This document shows, piece after piece, positions 26,735 to 40,300 of a stretch of 64,000 nucleotides of DNA. Origin of the DNA: Chara braunii (lineage: Eukaryota > Plantae > Charophyceae); NCBI GenBank assembly GCA_003427395.1, contig BFEA01000006.1, positions 529,218 through 593,217 of the forward strand, given 5' to 3'. The notes under the pieces are model-generated. The model had not been told where the DNA came from. It saw nothing but the letters and a program-made list of their open reading frames with translations, and did no database searches. Positions within the stretch are counted from its first letter, which is position 1; each line of letters begins with the position of its first letter. The translations under genes and the position numbers were made by a program.

Positions 26735-29076
26735 AACAAATAGTAGTAACAATTAGAAAAAAAGGTGAAAAAAAAGGAATAATCGAGAGTTCCGACAAGA
26801 AAGGAGAGTATGGCTATGGAGAAGGAAGATTTTCTAGCGAAAGGTCATGATCCTCGTGGGGAGATAAAGATAAAGGAAACCAAAAGCGATGGAGGAGAAA
26901 AAGGGGAAGGGATAGCTGAGGGTTCTATGCAGATTCGAGCTTGGGGGAAAAAGTTAGCTGTTAGCGGACAGCATCAGCCCTGGGAACGGAGAGGATCGTC
27001 CAAGTCGAAACCTGGTCAACCTCCACTCGAGGGAAGGTCTCCGAAGGGTGAGACTGCTCAGGTAAATGGCCAAGAAGTGAGGAGGAGTGGCCCGAAACTG
27101 TATCCTATTCGACAGTGAAAAGAGAAGGGCAGAAAGTACAGTGAAGCCTCCTGCGAATCAGGGAACGATTAGCAGTACGGGAAGGAGGTAAGGTTCGTCG
27201 TCCTGTACCACGTTCTCCTCATTTCTCAAGGGTATTCGCCTCTTTCTACCCTAGTTGGTCTTCGACTCTCCCTTCGCTCCCCAGCTCTCGGCAGAAAAGG
27301 CAAAGCCTGCTAGTACAGTCCCAATGCTCGCCGCATCATCTGCAGAAGCAAAGAGCTAGCAACGGTGGAGTATATATCATCACATAATATGATAGCGCCA
27401 ACACAAAAAACAAAAAAAAAACAAAAAAAATAATTTTAAATTGGAAGAGGAAGGAAACTGCCAAAGAGAACAGGGGCCTGAAAAAAAAAAAAATCCTAAA
27501 TCTTAATGCTCGGGCAAACCACTTGCCTGCAAAACGATAACCCGATCACCAATCGCACATGAAGCGCCCCCAATCACCAATCGCACATGAAGCACTACTA
27601 TCCCATCCCAAGATAGATCAAATGACGGGACAAGACCAACGGGAACCAAAGCAGAAAAGATTCACATTCTACCATATCCATAGTAAAAAAAAAACAAATA
27701 ACTCTCGTTCACGCCTGACAATCACATCCTACCATATTCATAAAAGAGAAGGTGGTACCATCTGCTTTACCATTTTTTAAATCCGGATGGTATTATTGCC
27801 TTTAAGTTTAATTCTCAAAATAAAAATTGACAGATTAAAAAATATTCTCTTTGCTTTACCTTTTTAAAATCCGGATGGTATTATCGCCTTTAAGTTCAAT
27901 GCTCAAAATAAAATTGACATATTAAAAAATATTCTCTTCCATAAGAAAAGGCAAAGCCTGCTAGTACAAGCCTGATGCTCGCCTCATCATCTGCAAAAGC
28001 AAAGAGCTAGCAACGTCGGCATATATATCGTCACTTAATATGAGAGCGCCAAACCGGAAACAGAAAAAAAAAAAGACAAAAAGAAGCGTTGATAGTCATG
28101 CAACACTGCAGGTGATGGTCCCCGCCAATAGACGGAGCAGCGAGCAACAAACTTTCTCAAGAAGGCTTCTCTTATCACCTCCCCTAGTAGACATAGTCTG
28201 ACCTACTTGTGAAGTAATAAAAAAGTGAAACGGACAGTTATCTAATGTGTACGGGAGATACCCTGCATTACTGATTAGACGGTTATATGTGCCAGGTTGT
28301 GCCTAGATTACAGCTCAATCGCGATAGTTGCTCTCAGCAAGTAAGGTTGACTCTTGGCCGAAACAGCTGGTCCATAAACTAAGGGACTCGATCCACTACA
28401 CAAAACTCTACATGCATTTGGACGATTTCTGGCCCGAATACACTCAAAATGTTTGACTCATCTGAATGCACCTAGTCCAGTAAGCGAGCAAATGCATGTA
28501 CGAGCGAGGCCATACGACATGAGAATGTATCTTCCCTATCAAAAGTGGGAAGGGAGATAATACGATATGGCGGATTTTCCTCTCATGATGGTCAATCCAG
28601 GAGCTTGCTAGAAAGTGGGTTAACAAGCGTCCTCCCCGCCTACACATTTCCTTTCATCGCAGTTGCATCGAATTTGCAAAGCGTTTCGAATTTGAGGATC
28701 GTGACCAGCTAAATCTCCTATGCTGGGAAGTGCAGGGAGAGCGATCAAGGGTGGTCGGATTCCGGCACAACAAACCGACTACGATTACAGTATTGACAAT
28801 TACTAGGGCTACTTCGTCACTTCTCTGGGGACGCTCGATCCAGTTTTTCGAGCAGGACGTTTCTCACGATTCACAATTGATCGGACTCGTGGCGGAAGTA
28901 AAACAACCAAAACGAAAACAGAAAAATTAAAGACAAAAAAATGAATAAGATCGAAGAGGAACGAAAACAGCCAAACAAAACAGGGGGCTAGAAAAATACA
29001 AATCCCAAATGACAATGGTAGCCTAAGGTCAAACGACTTGCCTGCAAAACGATAACCTAATTACCAATCGCAGTGC

Positions 29077-29111
<35 letters not shown>

Positions 29112-29222
29112 GAGATAAAAAAAAAAAAAAAAAAAAAAAAAAACAATGGCCGACTGCTCTTCACACGCGTCAAGNNNNNNNNNNNNNNNNNNNNNNNNNN
29201 NNNNNNNNNNNNNNNNNNNNNN

Positions 29223-29253
<31 letters not shown>

Positions 29254-30173
29254 GAGATAAACTAAGAAAGAAGATTAAGGACAAACAATGGCCGACTGCT
29301 CTTCACACGCGTCAAGTAGTATTGCCAACAAGAATCATACAAGCGTGTGATCATGCTCGAAACGCGCACGCGTTCAACCCAGCAAGCAGATGCGCCTAAA
29401 CACATATTAGCATATCTGACAATCATTCGTAAGACAACCGAGCGAAACGACGAAACGAGAAAAGACTTAGGGCAAAAAGAGGAGACACATAACGATGATA
29501 ACGTGTTTCTGAGTTTGATGGTTGTTGGTTGCCAAACAGTCACCCCGAGACTGGGGAGCGAACAAGTGAGCGCGAGTAGACAAAAGAGAGACAGATAAGC
29601 GGCAAAATCTAGGGAAAAATTATGAATTATATAAATGCCCCCCGCGGCAAGACCTTCGTAGTCAAAGCTAGAATTCCCTCAAATCCTACAGACCGTAACA
29701 GATCCTCTAGCCTTCATTCAAACCGAACAAACACCCCCTTTCACATTACAAAATGAGTTCTGGAACGTCCTACATAGACACATGATGAATGAACATGAAA
29801 ATGCACGCAAAGCAGGAAGATTATGACTCAGACAACCGGAACCTTACTGAGATAGTCAATGAAGTGACCAACATGGCGATGACAACCCAGCAAAAACTGA
29901 CTTCGAAGAGGAAGGAAAACAGCCAAACAGAACAGGTGGGTAGAAAAAAACAAATCCTAAATGACAATGCTAGGTCAATCGACTTGCCTGCAAAACGATA
30001 ACCTGATGACCAATCGCACATGAAGCACCGCAATCTACGTATAACTTCGGCGGCCGAGTGCGGCTCTTTCAATCAATCAATCGAAAAAAATATTACTACA
30101 GTCAGTCAGTCAGTCAGTTAGTCAATCAGTCAATCAATCAATCAATCAATCAATCAAACAATCAATCAATCAG

Positions 30174-30222
<49 letters not shown>

Positions 30223-31220
30223 AAAGATTCACATTCTACCATATCCATTGTAAAAAAACGGAATCGAAGCAGACAAGATTCACATTCTAGCATATCCATA
30301 GTAAAAAAACGGAACCCTGCCGAGTTGTTCCGACGACCCATGCAGATTAGCGATAGCCGAAAACACTACTCCTGCTTGCCCACCTCTTCCTCCCCATCGA
30401 CATATGCAGGACCTTTTTTCTTTTTTCCCTCTAATTTTTACACGATTTTTTTTCCGGTAGGAATTCCCACCCTATAGCTGCTCTTCCTCTACTCTACCGT
30501 TGTTCCTCTTTCACCATGCAAATGTGTCCGGACACAAGCGGCTTACGTAACTGACCACGTATACCAATCACCCGACATCTAATCCATGAGAAAAAACCTA
30601 AAACATTTGCAACTTTCATTCTACCCACTTTTAACTATACGGATTCGATGCTAGTTTCGCCACTCGTTTGACCCCAGGGCCGATCGCTACATATAAAAGT
30701 TGATGGAAACATTCAGTGGGCCCGCAAAACGCGACACCCCAAAAGACAAAAGGCGCCCATCGCTCTCCAACTCCCTTCCCCCTTCAATCTCCTTCTTCCT
30801 ACCTTCAACCCTCCATTTGAATGAATGAGAAAGANNNNNNNNNNNNNNNNNNNNNNNNNNNNNNNNNNNNNNNNNNNNNNNNNNNNNNNNNNNNNNNNNN
30901 NNNNNNNNNNNNNNNNNNNNNNNNNNNNNNNNNNNNNNNNNNNNNNNNNNNNNNNNNNNNNNNNNNNNNNNNNNNNNNNNNNNNNNNNNNNNNNNNNNNN
31001 NNNNNNNNNNNNNNNNNNNNNNNNNNNNNNNNNNNNNNNNNNNNNNNNNNNNNNNNNNNNNNNNNNNNNNNNNNNNNNNNNNNNNNNNNNNNNNCAATTT
31101 GTGCTCTACACTTGCTTGTTCACACACTGCAGGTAGATCTCGTAGTCAAGTTCACGAGATTGGCATACCGCCCACCAATAAACCTTCACCACAAACAATT
31201 ATGATGCTCGCATTCCCTAT

Positions 31221-31287
<67 letters not shown>

Positions 31288-31581
31288 TTTGTGCCCTGGA
31301 GATGGTCGAGCCGAGAGACAAACTGACGACGTAGAGAAAAAGTTGTACCTATGGCCAATAGCGGTTCCCACCAGTCGTGCACAAAGCTGGGGGCGATGGC
31401 AATGGCCGAATGGAAGCAATCAAATCCCGTGAGTGAGCGACACGGTCGACCTCGAAAATGTCGACGCTTCCTCTATCGCCCCCGCATCTCCCACCGCTGA
31501 CTGAACGCAGGCGTCACTGGCTTCACAGAAATCCGTCCGTTTCATGAGAGAACGTGGAGTGGCCAACGGGTGTACCTCAGG
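26735..31581 (+). repeat. left arm of a long inverted repeat
   Basis: Collinear reverse-complement match to 35809-40980, including the (CAAT)n tract and the gap position. Diverged by scattered substitutions and indels. Confidence 0.92.
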
Positions 31582-31826
31582 GCATACTCACACTGCCACT
31601 TTTTGCACGTCTCTGTGGACGCAATTACTGTGTGGACGTGATTATAGTTAGGTACATATACGCGGGGTTAGAAAATGTCTATGTGATTTGGGGAAGCGCA
31701 GTCGCACCACAAAAACCACCAAAATCTGGACTCGTTTTACACAGAAACTGCTTTTTTTTTCTTTTTTTTTTCCCTCGTTTTTTTTTTTTTTTTTTCGGCC
31801 CAGCTACTCGAAAATTGCTCAGTCAT

Positions 31827-32187
31827 CCAGCGGCCTAGCTCAGTTGGTAAGGCACCCAAGTGGCATTCAGGAGGTCTTGGGTTCAATCCCCATCGGCCTC
31901 ATGTACCTTCCTGGGCAAAGCTTGGCACCCGCCACCTAGAGATAGGCCATTGGTCCCCCCGAGTGGCACTGAGCAGAGACTGCGGATGCTCATAGTGGGA
32001 GGGGACCGAAGGGGAGGCACAGCGACTGGGCCATCGAAGAAGCACGGTCCTGATACTATCGACTGATCCCTAGCGGGTATCGCCCACCTGCTGGTGGGTG
32101 CAACTCTCGCATATACCCTCGTTGGAGGCTTGAGAACGGATGTGGCTGCTATGGGGTTCCCGATAATACTATAATGACTATAAAAAA
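31827..32187 (+). mobile_element. tRNA-derived SINE, full length
   Basis: A box TAGCTCAGTTGG (31836-31847), B box GGTTCAATCCC (31880-31890), a non-tRNA body and an A-rich tail. A second copy starts at 32391. Confidence 0.8.
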
Positions 32188-32361
32188 TGCGTTAAAGACC
32201 ATCCTGTCCAAATTTGACAGGGTAATCGAATTGGTTGAGCTTAAACCATCAGTACTTACCGCGGGTTAAGGACCGAACCTCATTTTTGCCTGCGCGCCGA
32301 TTTTTGCCAAGCCTACAGGGAGTGGGAAAAAACACGAGACATCTGCTGCTGCTAGCAAGCA

Positions 32362-32390
32362 CCCTAAACCCTAAACCCTAAACCCTAAAC
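32362..32390. repeat. interstitial plant-type telomeric repeat (CCCTAAA)4
   Basis: Four exact CCCTAAA units. Confidence 0.9.
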
Positions 32391-34791
32391 TCAGGAGGTC
32401 TTGGGTTCAATCCCCATTGGCCTCATGCACCTTCCTGGCCAAAGGTTGGCGCCCACCACCTAGAGATAGACCATTGGTTCCCCCGAGTGGCACAAAGCAG
32501 AGACTGCGGATGCTCATAGTGGGAGGCACGGCGACTGGGCCATCGAAGAAGCACGGTCCTAATACTACTCACTGCTCCCTGGCGGGTATCGCCCACGTGC
32601 TGAAGCAGGTATCACACCTCCTGTTGGGTGCAGCTCCCGCATGTTCCCTCGTTGGAGGCTTGAGCACGGATGTGGCACTTCAGGTCATTTCACGAGTTTC
32701 GGGAGGGAAACCTGAAACCTCTGAAATGACCTGAAGTGGATTAAGCTTCTAAAAACGGTTTCAGATCCTCCCATCCAAATTTTTGGATTGGAGCATCTGA
32801 AACCGTTTTCAGATTTTCAGCCACTTCAAGTCGTTTCAGGAGTTTCGGTTGGGGAGACCTGAAACCTCTGAAATGACCTGAAGTGGCTGAAGCTTCTGAA
32901 AATGGATGCAGGTCCCCCCATCCAAATGTTTGGGTAGGGGGACCTGAAACTGTTTTCAGAATCTTCAGCTACTTCATGTTATTTCATGAGTTTCAGACGG
33001 GGAGACCTGAAACCTCTGAAATGTCCTGAAGTGGTTCTGAAACCGTTTTCAAATTTTCAGCCACTTCAAGTCATTTCAGGAGTTTCGGGTGGGGAGACCT
33101 GAAACCTCTGAAATGATATGAAGTGGCTGAAGCTTTTGAAAGCGGTTTCAGGTCTCCCCGTCCAAATGCTTGGACGAGGGGACCTGAAACTGCTTTCAGA
33201 TTTTCAGCCACTTCAGATCATTTCAGGAGTTTCAGATAGAGAGACGTTAAACCTCTAAAATGATCTGGAGTGGTTGAAGCTTCTAAAAGTGGTTTCAGGT
33301 CCCCCCATCGAAATGGTTGGATGGGGCATCTGAAACCGCTTTCAGATTTTCAGCCACTTCAGATCATTTCAGAGGTTTCAGGTGGGAAGACGTGAAACCT
33401 CTGAAATGATATGAAGTGGTTGAAGCTTCTGAAAGCGGTTTCAGTTCCCCCCGTCCAAATGCTTGGATGGGGAGACCTGAAACTGCTTTCAGAAACTTCA
33501 GCCACTTCATATCATTTCAGGAGTTTCAGATGGGGAGACATGAAACCTCTGAAATGATTTGAAGTGGCTGAAGCTTCTGAAAGTGGTTTCAGGTCCCCTT
33601 ATCCAAATGGTTGGATGAGGGCATCTGAAACCGCTTTCACATTTTCAGCCACTTCAGATCATTTCAGGAGTTTCAGGTGGGGAGACCTGAAACCTCTGAA
33701 ATGCTATGAAGCGGCTGAAGCTTCTGAAAACAGTTTTAGATCCCCCCGTCCAAATGCTTGGATGGGGGGACATGAAATCGCTTTCAGAAGCTTCAGCCAC
33801 TTCATATTATTTCACGAGTTTCAAATGGAGAGACCTGAAACCCCTGAAATGATCTGAAGTGGATGAAGCTTGTTAAAGTGGTTTCAAGTTTCCCCATCCA
33901 AATGCTTGGATGGGGGCATCTGAAACCGCTTTCAATTTTTCAGCGACTTCAGATCGTTTCAGGAGTTTCGTGTGGGGAGACCTGAAACCTCTGAAATGAT
34001 TTGAAGTGGTTGAAGCTTCTGAAAGAGGTTTCAGGTCCCCCCGTCCAAATGCTTGGATGGAGGGACCTGAAACTACTTTCAGATTTTCAGCCACTTCAGA
34101 TCATTTCAGGAGTTTCAGATGGATAACCTTCTCTCCATTCGGGAGTTTCCGGTGGGGAGACCTGAAACCCCTGAAATGATATGAAGTGGTTGAAGCTTCT
34201 GAAAGCAGTTTCAGGTCCCCCCGTCCAAATGCTTGGATGGGGGGACATGAAACCGCTTTCAGAAGCTTCAGCCACTTCATATTATTTCAGGAGTTTCAGA
34301 TGGAGAAACCTGAAACCTCTGAAACGATCTGAAGTGGCTGAAGCTTCTGAAAGTGGTTCCAGGTCCCCCTATCCAAATGCTTGGATGGGGGCATCTGAAA
34401 CCGCTTTCAGATTGTCAGCGACTTTAAATGATTTCAGGAGTTTCGAGTGGGGAGACCTGAAACCTCTGAAATTATTTGAAGTGGTTGAAGCTCCTTAAAG
34501 AGGTTTCATGTCCCCCCGTCGAAATGCTTGGATGGGGGGACCTGAAACTGCTTTCAAATTTTCAGCGACTTCATATCATTTCAAGAGTTTCAGATGGAGA
34601 TACCTCAAACCTCTGAAATGATCTGAAGTGGGCGAAGCTTCTGAAAGCGGTTTCAGGTTCCCCCGTCCAAATGCTTGGATGGGTATACTATGGGGAACTG
34701 AAAAAGGTCATGAAAATATTACGAGTTGTTAACCTTCTCTCGGATGTGGCTGCTATGAGGTTCTTGGTAATACTATAATGATAATAAAAAA
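32391..34791 (+). mobile_element. 5'-truncated SINE copy split by the 32676-34740 insertion
   Basis: 32391-32675 matches 31867-32145. 34741-34791 resumes the SINE tail (cggatgtggctgctatg...tactataatga). Confidence 0.85.
32676..34740 (-). mobile_element. 9-bp-TSD element consisting of a ~140-146 bp palindromic satellite (~14 units)
   Basis: Perfect TSD CGGATGTGG at 32667-32675 and 34741-34749. Terminus GTTGTTAACCTTCTCT is shared with the elements at 4240 and 53111. Confidence 0.85.
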
Positions 34792-35808
34792 GACCTCAAA
34801 GGTCATCCGTGGTAAATGGTTATAGGTCGTGATTGCGGGGTTCTTTTTTTATTCTCCGAGTTAGGGTCTAGCCCACACTGATCAGCATAGATCATCGTGG
34901 TGAGATGATATGCCAACCCGTTCCTTTCTATCTTACTCTTTTTTCTATTTTTTAAAATTTGGAAATGTCATATTTAGAGTATATAGTCGGGTTTAAGGAT
35001 TGTATTCGATTGAGGTTAAGGTCCGATAAAATTCATAAATTTTTTAATTGATCATGATGGATAAGGCTAAGAAAGATGATGATTTTCTCATCTGGGAAGT
35101 GCATGGTTAGAGTTGATGCTTGAATAGTATCTGAAATCATTTGAATTCCGAGATTGAATTCCGAGGCGCAATTTTACATCAGTCTCCGCATTTTCGATAA
35201 GGCCCAATGCTAGCCTGCCCTATACGGGACTCAGTCTCAATGGACCGGTGCAGAGATCGATGCTTCAAAAGGTGTATCGGGGTCTAATGTGACCCAAGTG
35301 ATTGCAGAGGCCGATGAACCATTACAACCGTTTGCTGAAGAGGGCCATCTTATATGTAGACCGGAAAGTCATTCTTGTTCAGACGAAAACCCCGTGGCAG
35401 GTCAAGATCTGGCGTCGCACCCTGAGTGACTCTCCTTACCCTTGCCTTGTTGTAATTCGCTCGTCACGTCATGGTAGACAATGGAAGGACCGCGACTAAA
35501 CCTTCGTGAAGGTGACCGTCCGTCTCTGCCATTGTAAGCTCATAGTGCGGCGTTCTGTCTGCTAGCAGAGACAGACCTCCAATCAGTGAAGAAAGTCAAT
35601 GGGCCTCGCCGCACTACTCAACAATTGCAGAAAAGACAAAAATGATGGCGGTGCATCTTTCCATGTTCTAGCGAAAAATTCATTCTCGCTTTGTACATTT
35701 GGCGAGTGGTGCGGCAAGGCCCTATCCATTTGGCGAGTAGAGCGACCACTCCACGTTCTCCAGAGTACTAGGCCCACTTAGGTCATGGAACGGACGGATT
35801 CATTCTAT

Positions 35809-36194
35809 CCTGAGGTAGACCCGTTGGCCACTCCACATTCTCCAGAGTAGTAGGCCGGCGTAGGTCATGGAACGGATGGATTTTTTGTGAAGACAGTGAC
35901 GCGTGCGTTCAGTGAGCAGTGGGAGATGCGGGGCGGAAGATGCGGGGAAATAGCGGAAGCATCGACATTTTCAAGGTCGACCGTGCCACTCACTCACGGG
36001 ATTTGATTGCTCCCATTCGGGCATTGCCATCACCCCCAGCTTTGTGCACGACTGGAGGGAACCGCTATCGGCCATAGGTACGAAATTTTCTCTACGTCGT
36101 CAGTTTGTCTCTCGGATCGACCATCTCCAGGGCAGAGAGAGAGAGAGAGAGGGAGAGAGAGAGAGAGAGATCGACCATCTCCAGGGCAGAGAGA

Positions 36195-36268
<74 letters not shown>

Positions 36269-36276
36269 GACCATCT

Positions 36277-36328
<52 letters not shown>

Positions 36329-36510
36329 CTGACTTGGTAATGCAAGGCGACCTATTGGCAACAGGTGAAGGTTTATTGGTGGGCGGTATGCCAATCTTGT
36401 GAACTCGACTACGAGATCTGCCTGCAGTGTGTGAACAAGAAAGTATAGAGCACTGATTGTGCTCAAGGTGAGTTGATATGTGTACCTTTTGGACTTCGTG
36501 CCTGACTTGG

Positions 36511-36552
<42 letters not shown>

Positions 36553-37197
36553 NNNNNNNNNNNNNNNNNNNNNNNNNNNNNNNNNNNNNNNNNNNNNNNN
36601 NNNNNNNNNNNNNNNNNNNNNNNNNNNNNNNNNNNNNNNNNNNNNNNNNNNNNNNNNNNNNNNNNNNNNNNNNNNNNNNNNNNNNNNNNNNNNNNNNNNN
36701 NNNNNNNNNNNNNNNNNTTCATTCAAATGGAGGGTTGAAGGTAGGAAGAAGGAGATTGAAGGGGGAAGGGAGTTGGAGAGCGATGGGCGCCTTTTGTCTT
36801 TTGGGGTGTTGAGTTTTGCGGGCCTACTGAATGGTTCCGTCAATTTTTATATGTAGCGATCGGCGCTGGGGTCAAACGAGTGGCGAAATGGGCATCGATT
36901 CCGTGTAGTTAAAAGTGGGTAAAGTGGAAGTTGCAGTTGTTTTAGCCTTTAAGGTTTTTTCTGATTGGGTTAGATGTCGGGTGATTGGTGTACGTGGTCA
37001 GTTACGTAAGCCGCTTGTTTCCGGACGCATTTGCATGGTGGAAGAGGAACAGCGGTAGAGTACAGGAGGAGCAGCTATATGGTGGTTCCGGTTGGTCTTG
37101 TCCCGTCATTTCTTCCCCATTGTTGGGGTGTTGCGTTTTGGGGGCTTACTAAATGGTTCTGTTTTTTTACTATGCATATGGTAGAATGTGAATCTTT

Positions 37198-37261
<64 letters not shown>

Positions 37262-37264
37262 CTA

Positions 37265-37307
<43 letters not shown>

Positions 37308-40300
37308 CGATTCATTGATTGACTGACTGATTGACTGACTGACTGACTGACTGACTGACTGTAGTAATCTTTTTTTTGATTGATTGATTGATTGAAGGAA
37401 CCACACTTGGCTGCCGAAGTGATACGTAGATTGCGGTGCTTCATGTGCGATTGGTCATCGGGTTATCGTTTTGCATGCAAGTCGATTGACCTAGCAATGT
37501 CATTTAGGATTTGTTTTTTTTTTTCTAGCCCCCTGTTCTGTTTGGCTGTTTTTCTTCCTCTTCGAAGTCTGTTTTTGTTGGGTTGTCATCGCCATGTTGA
37601 TCACTTCATTGACTATCTCAGTTGGGTTCCGGTTGTTTGATATCGTGCTACTTACTACTTGACAACTGTCTGAGTCGTAATCTTCCTCCTTTGCGTGCAT
37701 TTTCATGTTCATTCATCATGTGTCTATGTAGGATGTTCCAGAACTCATTTTGTGATGTGAAAGGGGGTGTTTGTTCGGTTTGAATGAAGGCTAGAGGATG
37801 TGTGAAGGTCTGGAGGATTTGACGGAATTCTATGTTTTTACTAACGAGGGCCTTGCCGCGGGGAACATTTATATAATTCATAACGTTTCCCTAGATTTTG
37901 TCGCTTATCTGTCTCTCTTTTGTCTACTCGCGCTCACTTGTTCGCTCCCCAGTCTCAGCATGACTGTTTGGCAACCAACAACTATCGAACTCGGAAGCAC
38001 TTTATCATCGTTATGTGTTTCCTCTTTTTGCGCTAAGCCTTTTCTCGTTTCGTCGTTTCGCTCGGTCGTCTTACGAATGATTGTCAGATCTGCTAATATG
38101 TGTTTATGAGCATCTGCCTACTGGGTTGAATGTGTGCGCGTTTCGAGCATGATCACACGCTTGTGTGATTCTTGTTGGTAATACTACTCGACATGTGTGA
38201 AGAGGAGTCGACCATTATTTGTCCTTAATCTTCTTTCTTAGTTTATTTCGTTTTTTGTGTCTTTTTTTTTTTTTTTCGGTACTGTGATTGGTCATCGGGT
38301 TATCATTTTGCAGGCAAGTCATTTGACCTTAGGTTACCATTGTCATTTGGGATTTGTATTTTTCTAGCCCACTATTCTATTTGGCTATTTTCTTTCCTCT
38401 TCGATTTTATTCATTTTTTTATCTTTAATTTTTCTGTTTTTGTTTTGGTTGTTTTCCTTCCGCTACGAGTCCGATTTGTTGCGAATCGTGAGAAACGTCC
38501 GGCTCGAAAAACCGGATCGAGCGTCCCTAGAGAAGTGACGAAGTGGCCACAGTAATTGTCAATACTATAATCGTAGTCGGTTTGTTGTGCCGGAATCCGA
38601 CCACCCTTGATCACTCTCCCTGCGCTTCCCAGCATAGGAGATTTAGTTGGTCGCGATCCTCAAATTCGAAACGTTTTGCAAATTCGATGCAACTGCGATC
38701 AGAGGAAATGTGTCGGCGGCGAGGACGCTTGTTAACCCACTTTCTAGCAAGGGCCCGGATTGACCATCACGAGAGGAAAATCCGCCATATCGTATTATCT
38801 CCCTTCCCACTTTTGATAGGGGAGATACATTCTCCTGTCGTAGGGCCTCGCTCGTACATGCATTTGCTCGCTTACTGGACTAGGTGCATTCGGATGAGTC
38901 AAACATTCTGAGTGTATTCGGGCCAGAAAGCGTCCAAATGCATGTAGAGTTTTATGTAGTGGATCGAGTCCCTTAGTCTATGGACCAGCTGTTTGGGCCA
39001 AGAGTCAACCCTACTTGCTGAGAGCAACTATCGCGATTGAGCTGTAATCTAAGCACAACCTGACACCTATAACCGTCTAAGCAGTAATGCAGGGTATCTC
39101 CCGTACACATTAGATAACTGTCCGTTTCACTTTTTTATTACTTCACAAGTAGGTCGGACTATGTCTACTAGGGGAGGTGATATGACCAGCCTCCTTGAGT
39201 AAGTCTGTTGCTCGCTGCTCCGTCTATTGGCGGGAACCATCACCTGCAGTGTTGCATGACTATCAACACTTCTTTTTGTCTTTTTTTTTTTCTGTTTCCG
39301 GTTTGGCGCTCTCATATTAAGTGACGATATATATGCCGACGTTGCTAGCTCTTTGCTTTTGCAGATGATGAGGCGAGCATCAGGCTTGTACTAGCAGGCT
39401 TTGCCTTTTCTTATGGAAGAGAATATTTTTTAATAAGTCAATTTTATTTTGAGCATTGAACTTAAAGGCGATAATACCATCCGGATTTTAAAAAGGTAAA
39501 GCAAAGAGAATATTTTGTAATATGTCAATTTTTATTTTGAGAATTAAACTTAAAGGCAATAATACCATCCGGATTTAAAAAATGATAAAGCAGATGGTAC
39601 CACCTTCTCTTTTATGAATATGGTAGGATGTGATTGTCAGGCGTGAACGAGAGTTATTTGTTTTTTTTTTACTATGGATATGGTAGAATGTGAATCTTTT
39701 CTGCTTTGGTTCCCGTTGGTCTTGTCCCGTCATTTGATCTATCTTGGGCTGGGATAGCAATGCTTCATGTGCGATTGGTGATTGGGGGTCGCTTTATGTG
39801 CGATTGGTGATCGGGTTATCGTTTTGCAGGCAAGTGGTTTGCCCGAGCATTGTGATTTAGGATTTTTTTTTTTTTCAGGCCCCTGTTCTGTTTGGCTGTT
39901 TCCTTCCTCTTCCAATTTAAAATTATTTTTTTTGCCTTTTTTTTTTTTTTTTGCTTTGGCGCTCTCATATTATGTGATGATATATACTCCGACGTTGCTA
40001 GCTCTTTGCTTTGGCAGATGATGAGGCGAGCATTGGGACTGTACTAGCTGGCTTTACCTTTTCTGCCGAGAGTTGGGGAGCGAAGGGAAAGTCGAAGACC
40101 AGCTAGGGTAGAAAGAGGCGAATACCCTTGAGAAGTGAGAAGAGAACTTGGTACGGGACGATGAACCTTACCTCCTTCCCGTACTGTTAATCGTTCCCTG
40201 ATTCGCAGGAGGCTTCATTGTACTTTCTGCCCTTCTCCTTTCGCCGTCGAATAGGATACAGTTTCGGGCCACTCCTCCTCACTTCTTGGCCATTTATCTG

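Larger units (their letters stand above)
29175..36717. other. assembly gaps at 29175-29222, 30835-31094 and 36553-36717
   Basis: N runs; sequence next to the first gap is locally duplicated. Confidence 0.98.

Noticed and set aside
28335-28370. hammerhead ribozyme (stem followed by CGAAAC)
   Set aside because: The CTGANGA core is absent in both arm copies.
31827-31900. functional tRNA gene (also 18341 and the A-box-like stretch at ~41425)
   Set aside because: The acceptor and anticodon stems do not pair properly, and the head continues into a repeated SINE body.
32676-34740. CRISPR-like array, or coding ORFs in the satellite (also 62259-63775 and 4240-4703)
   Set aside because: There are no unique spacers and no cas genes, the context is eukaryotic, and the ORFs simply translate the repeats.
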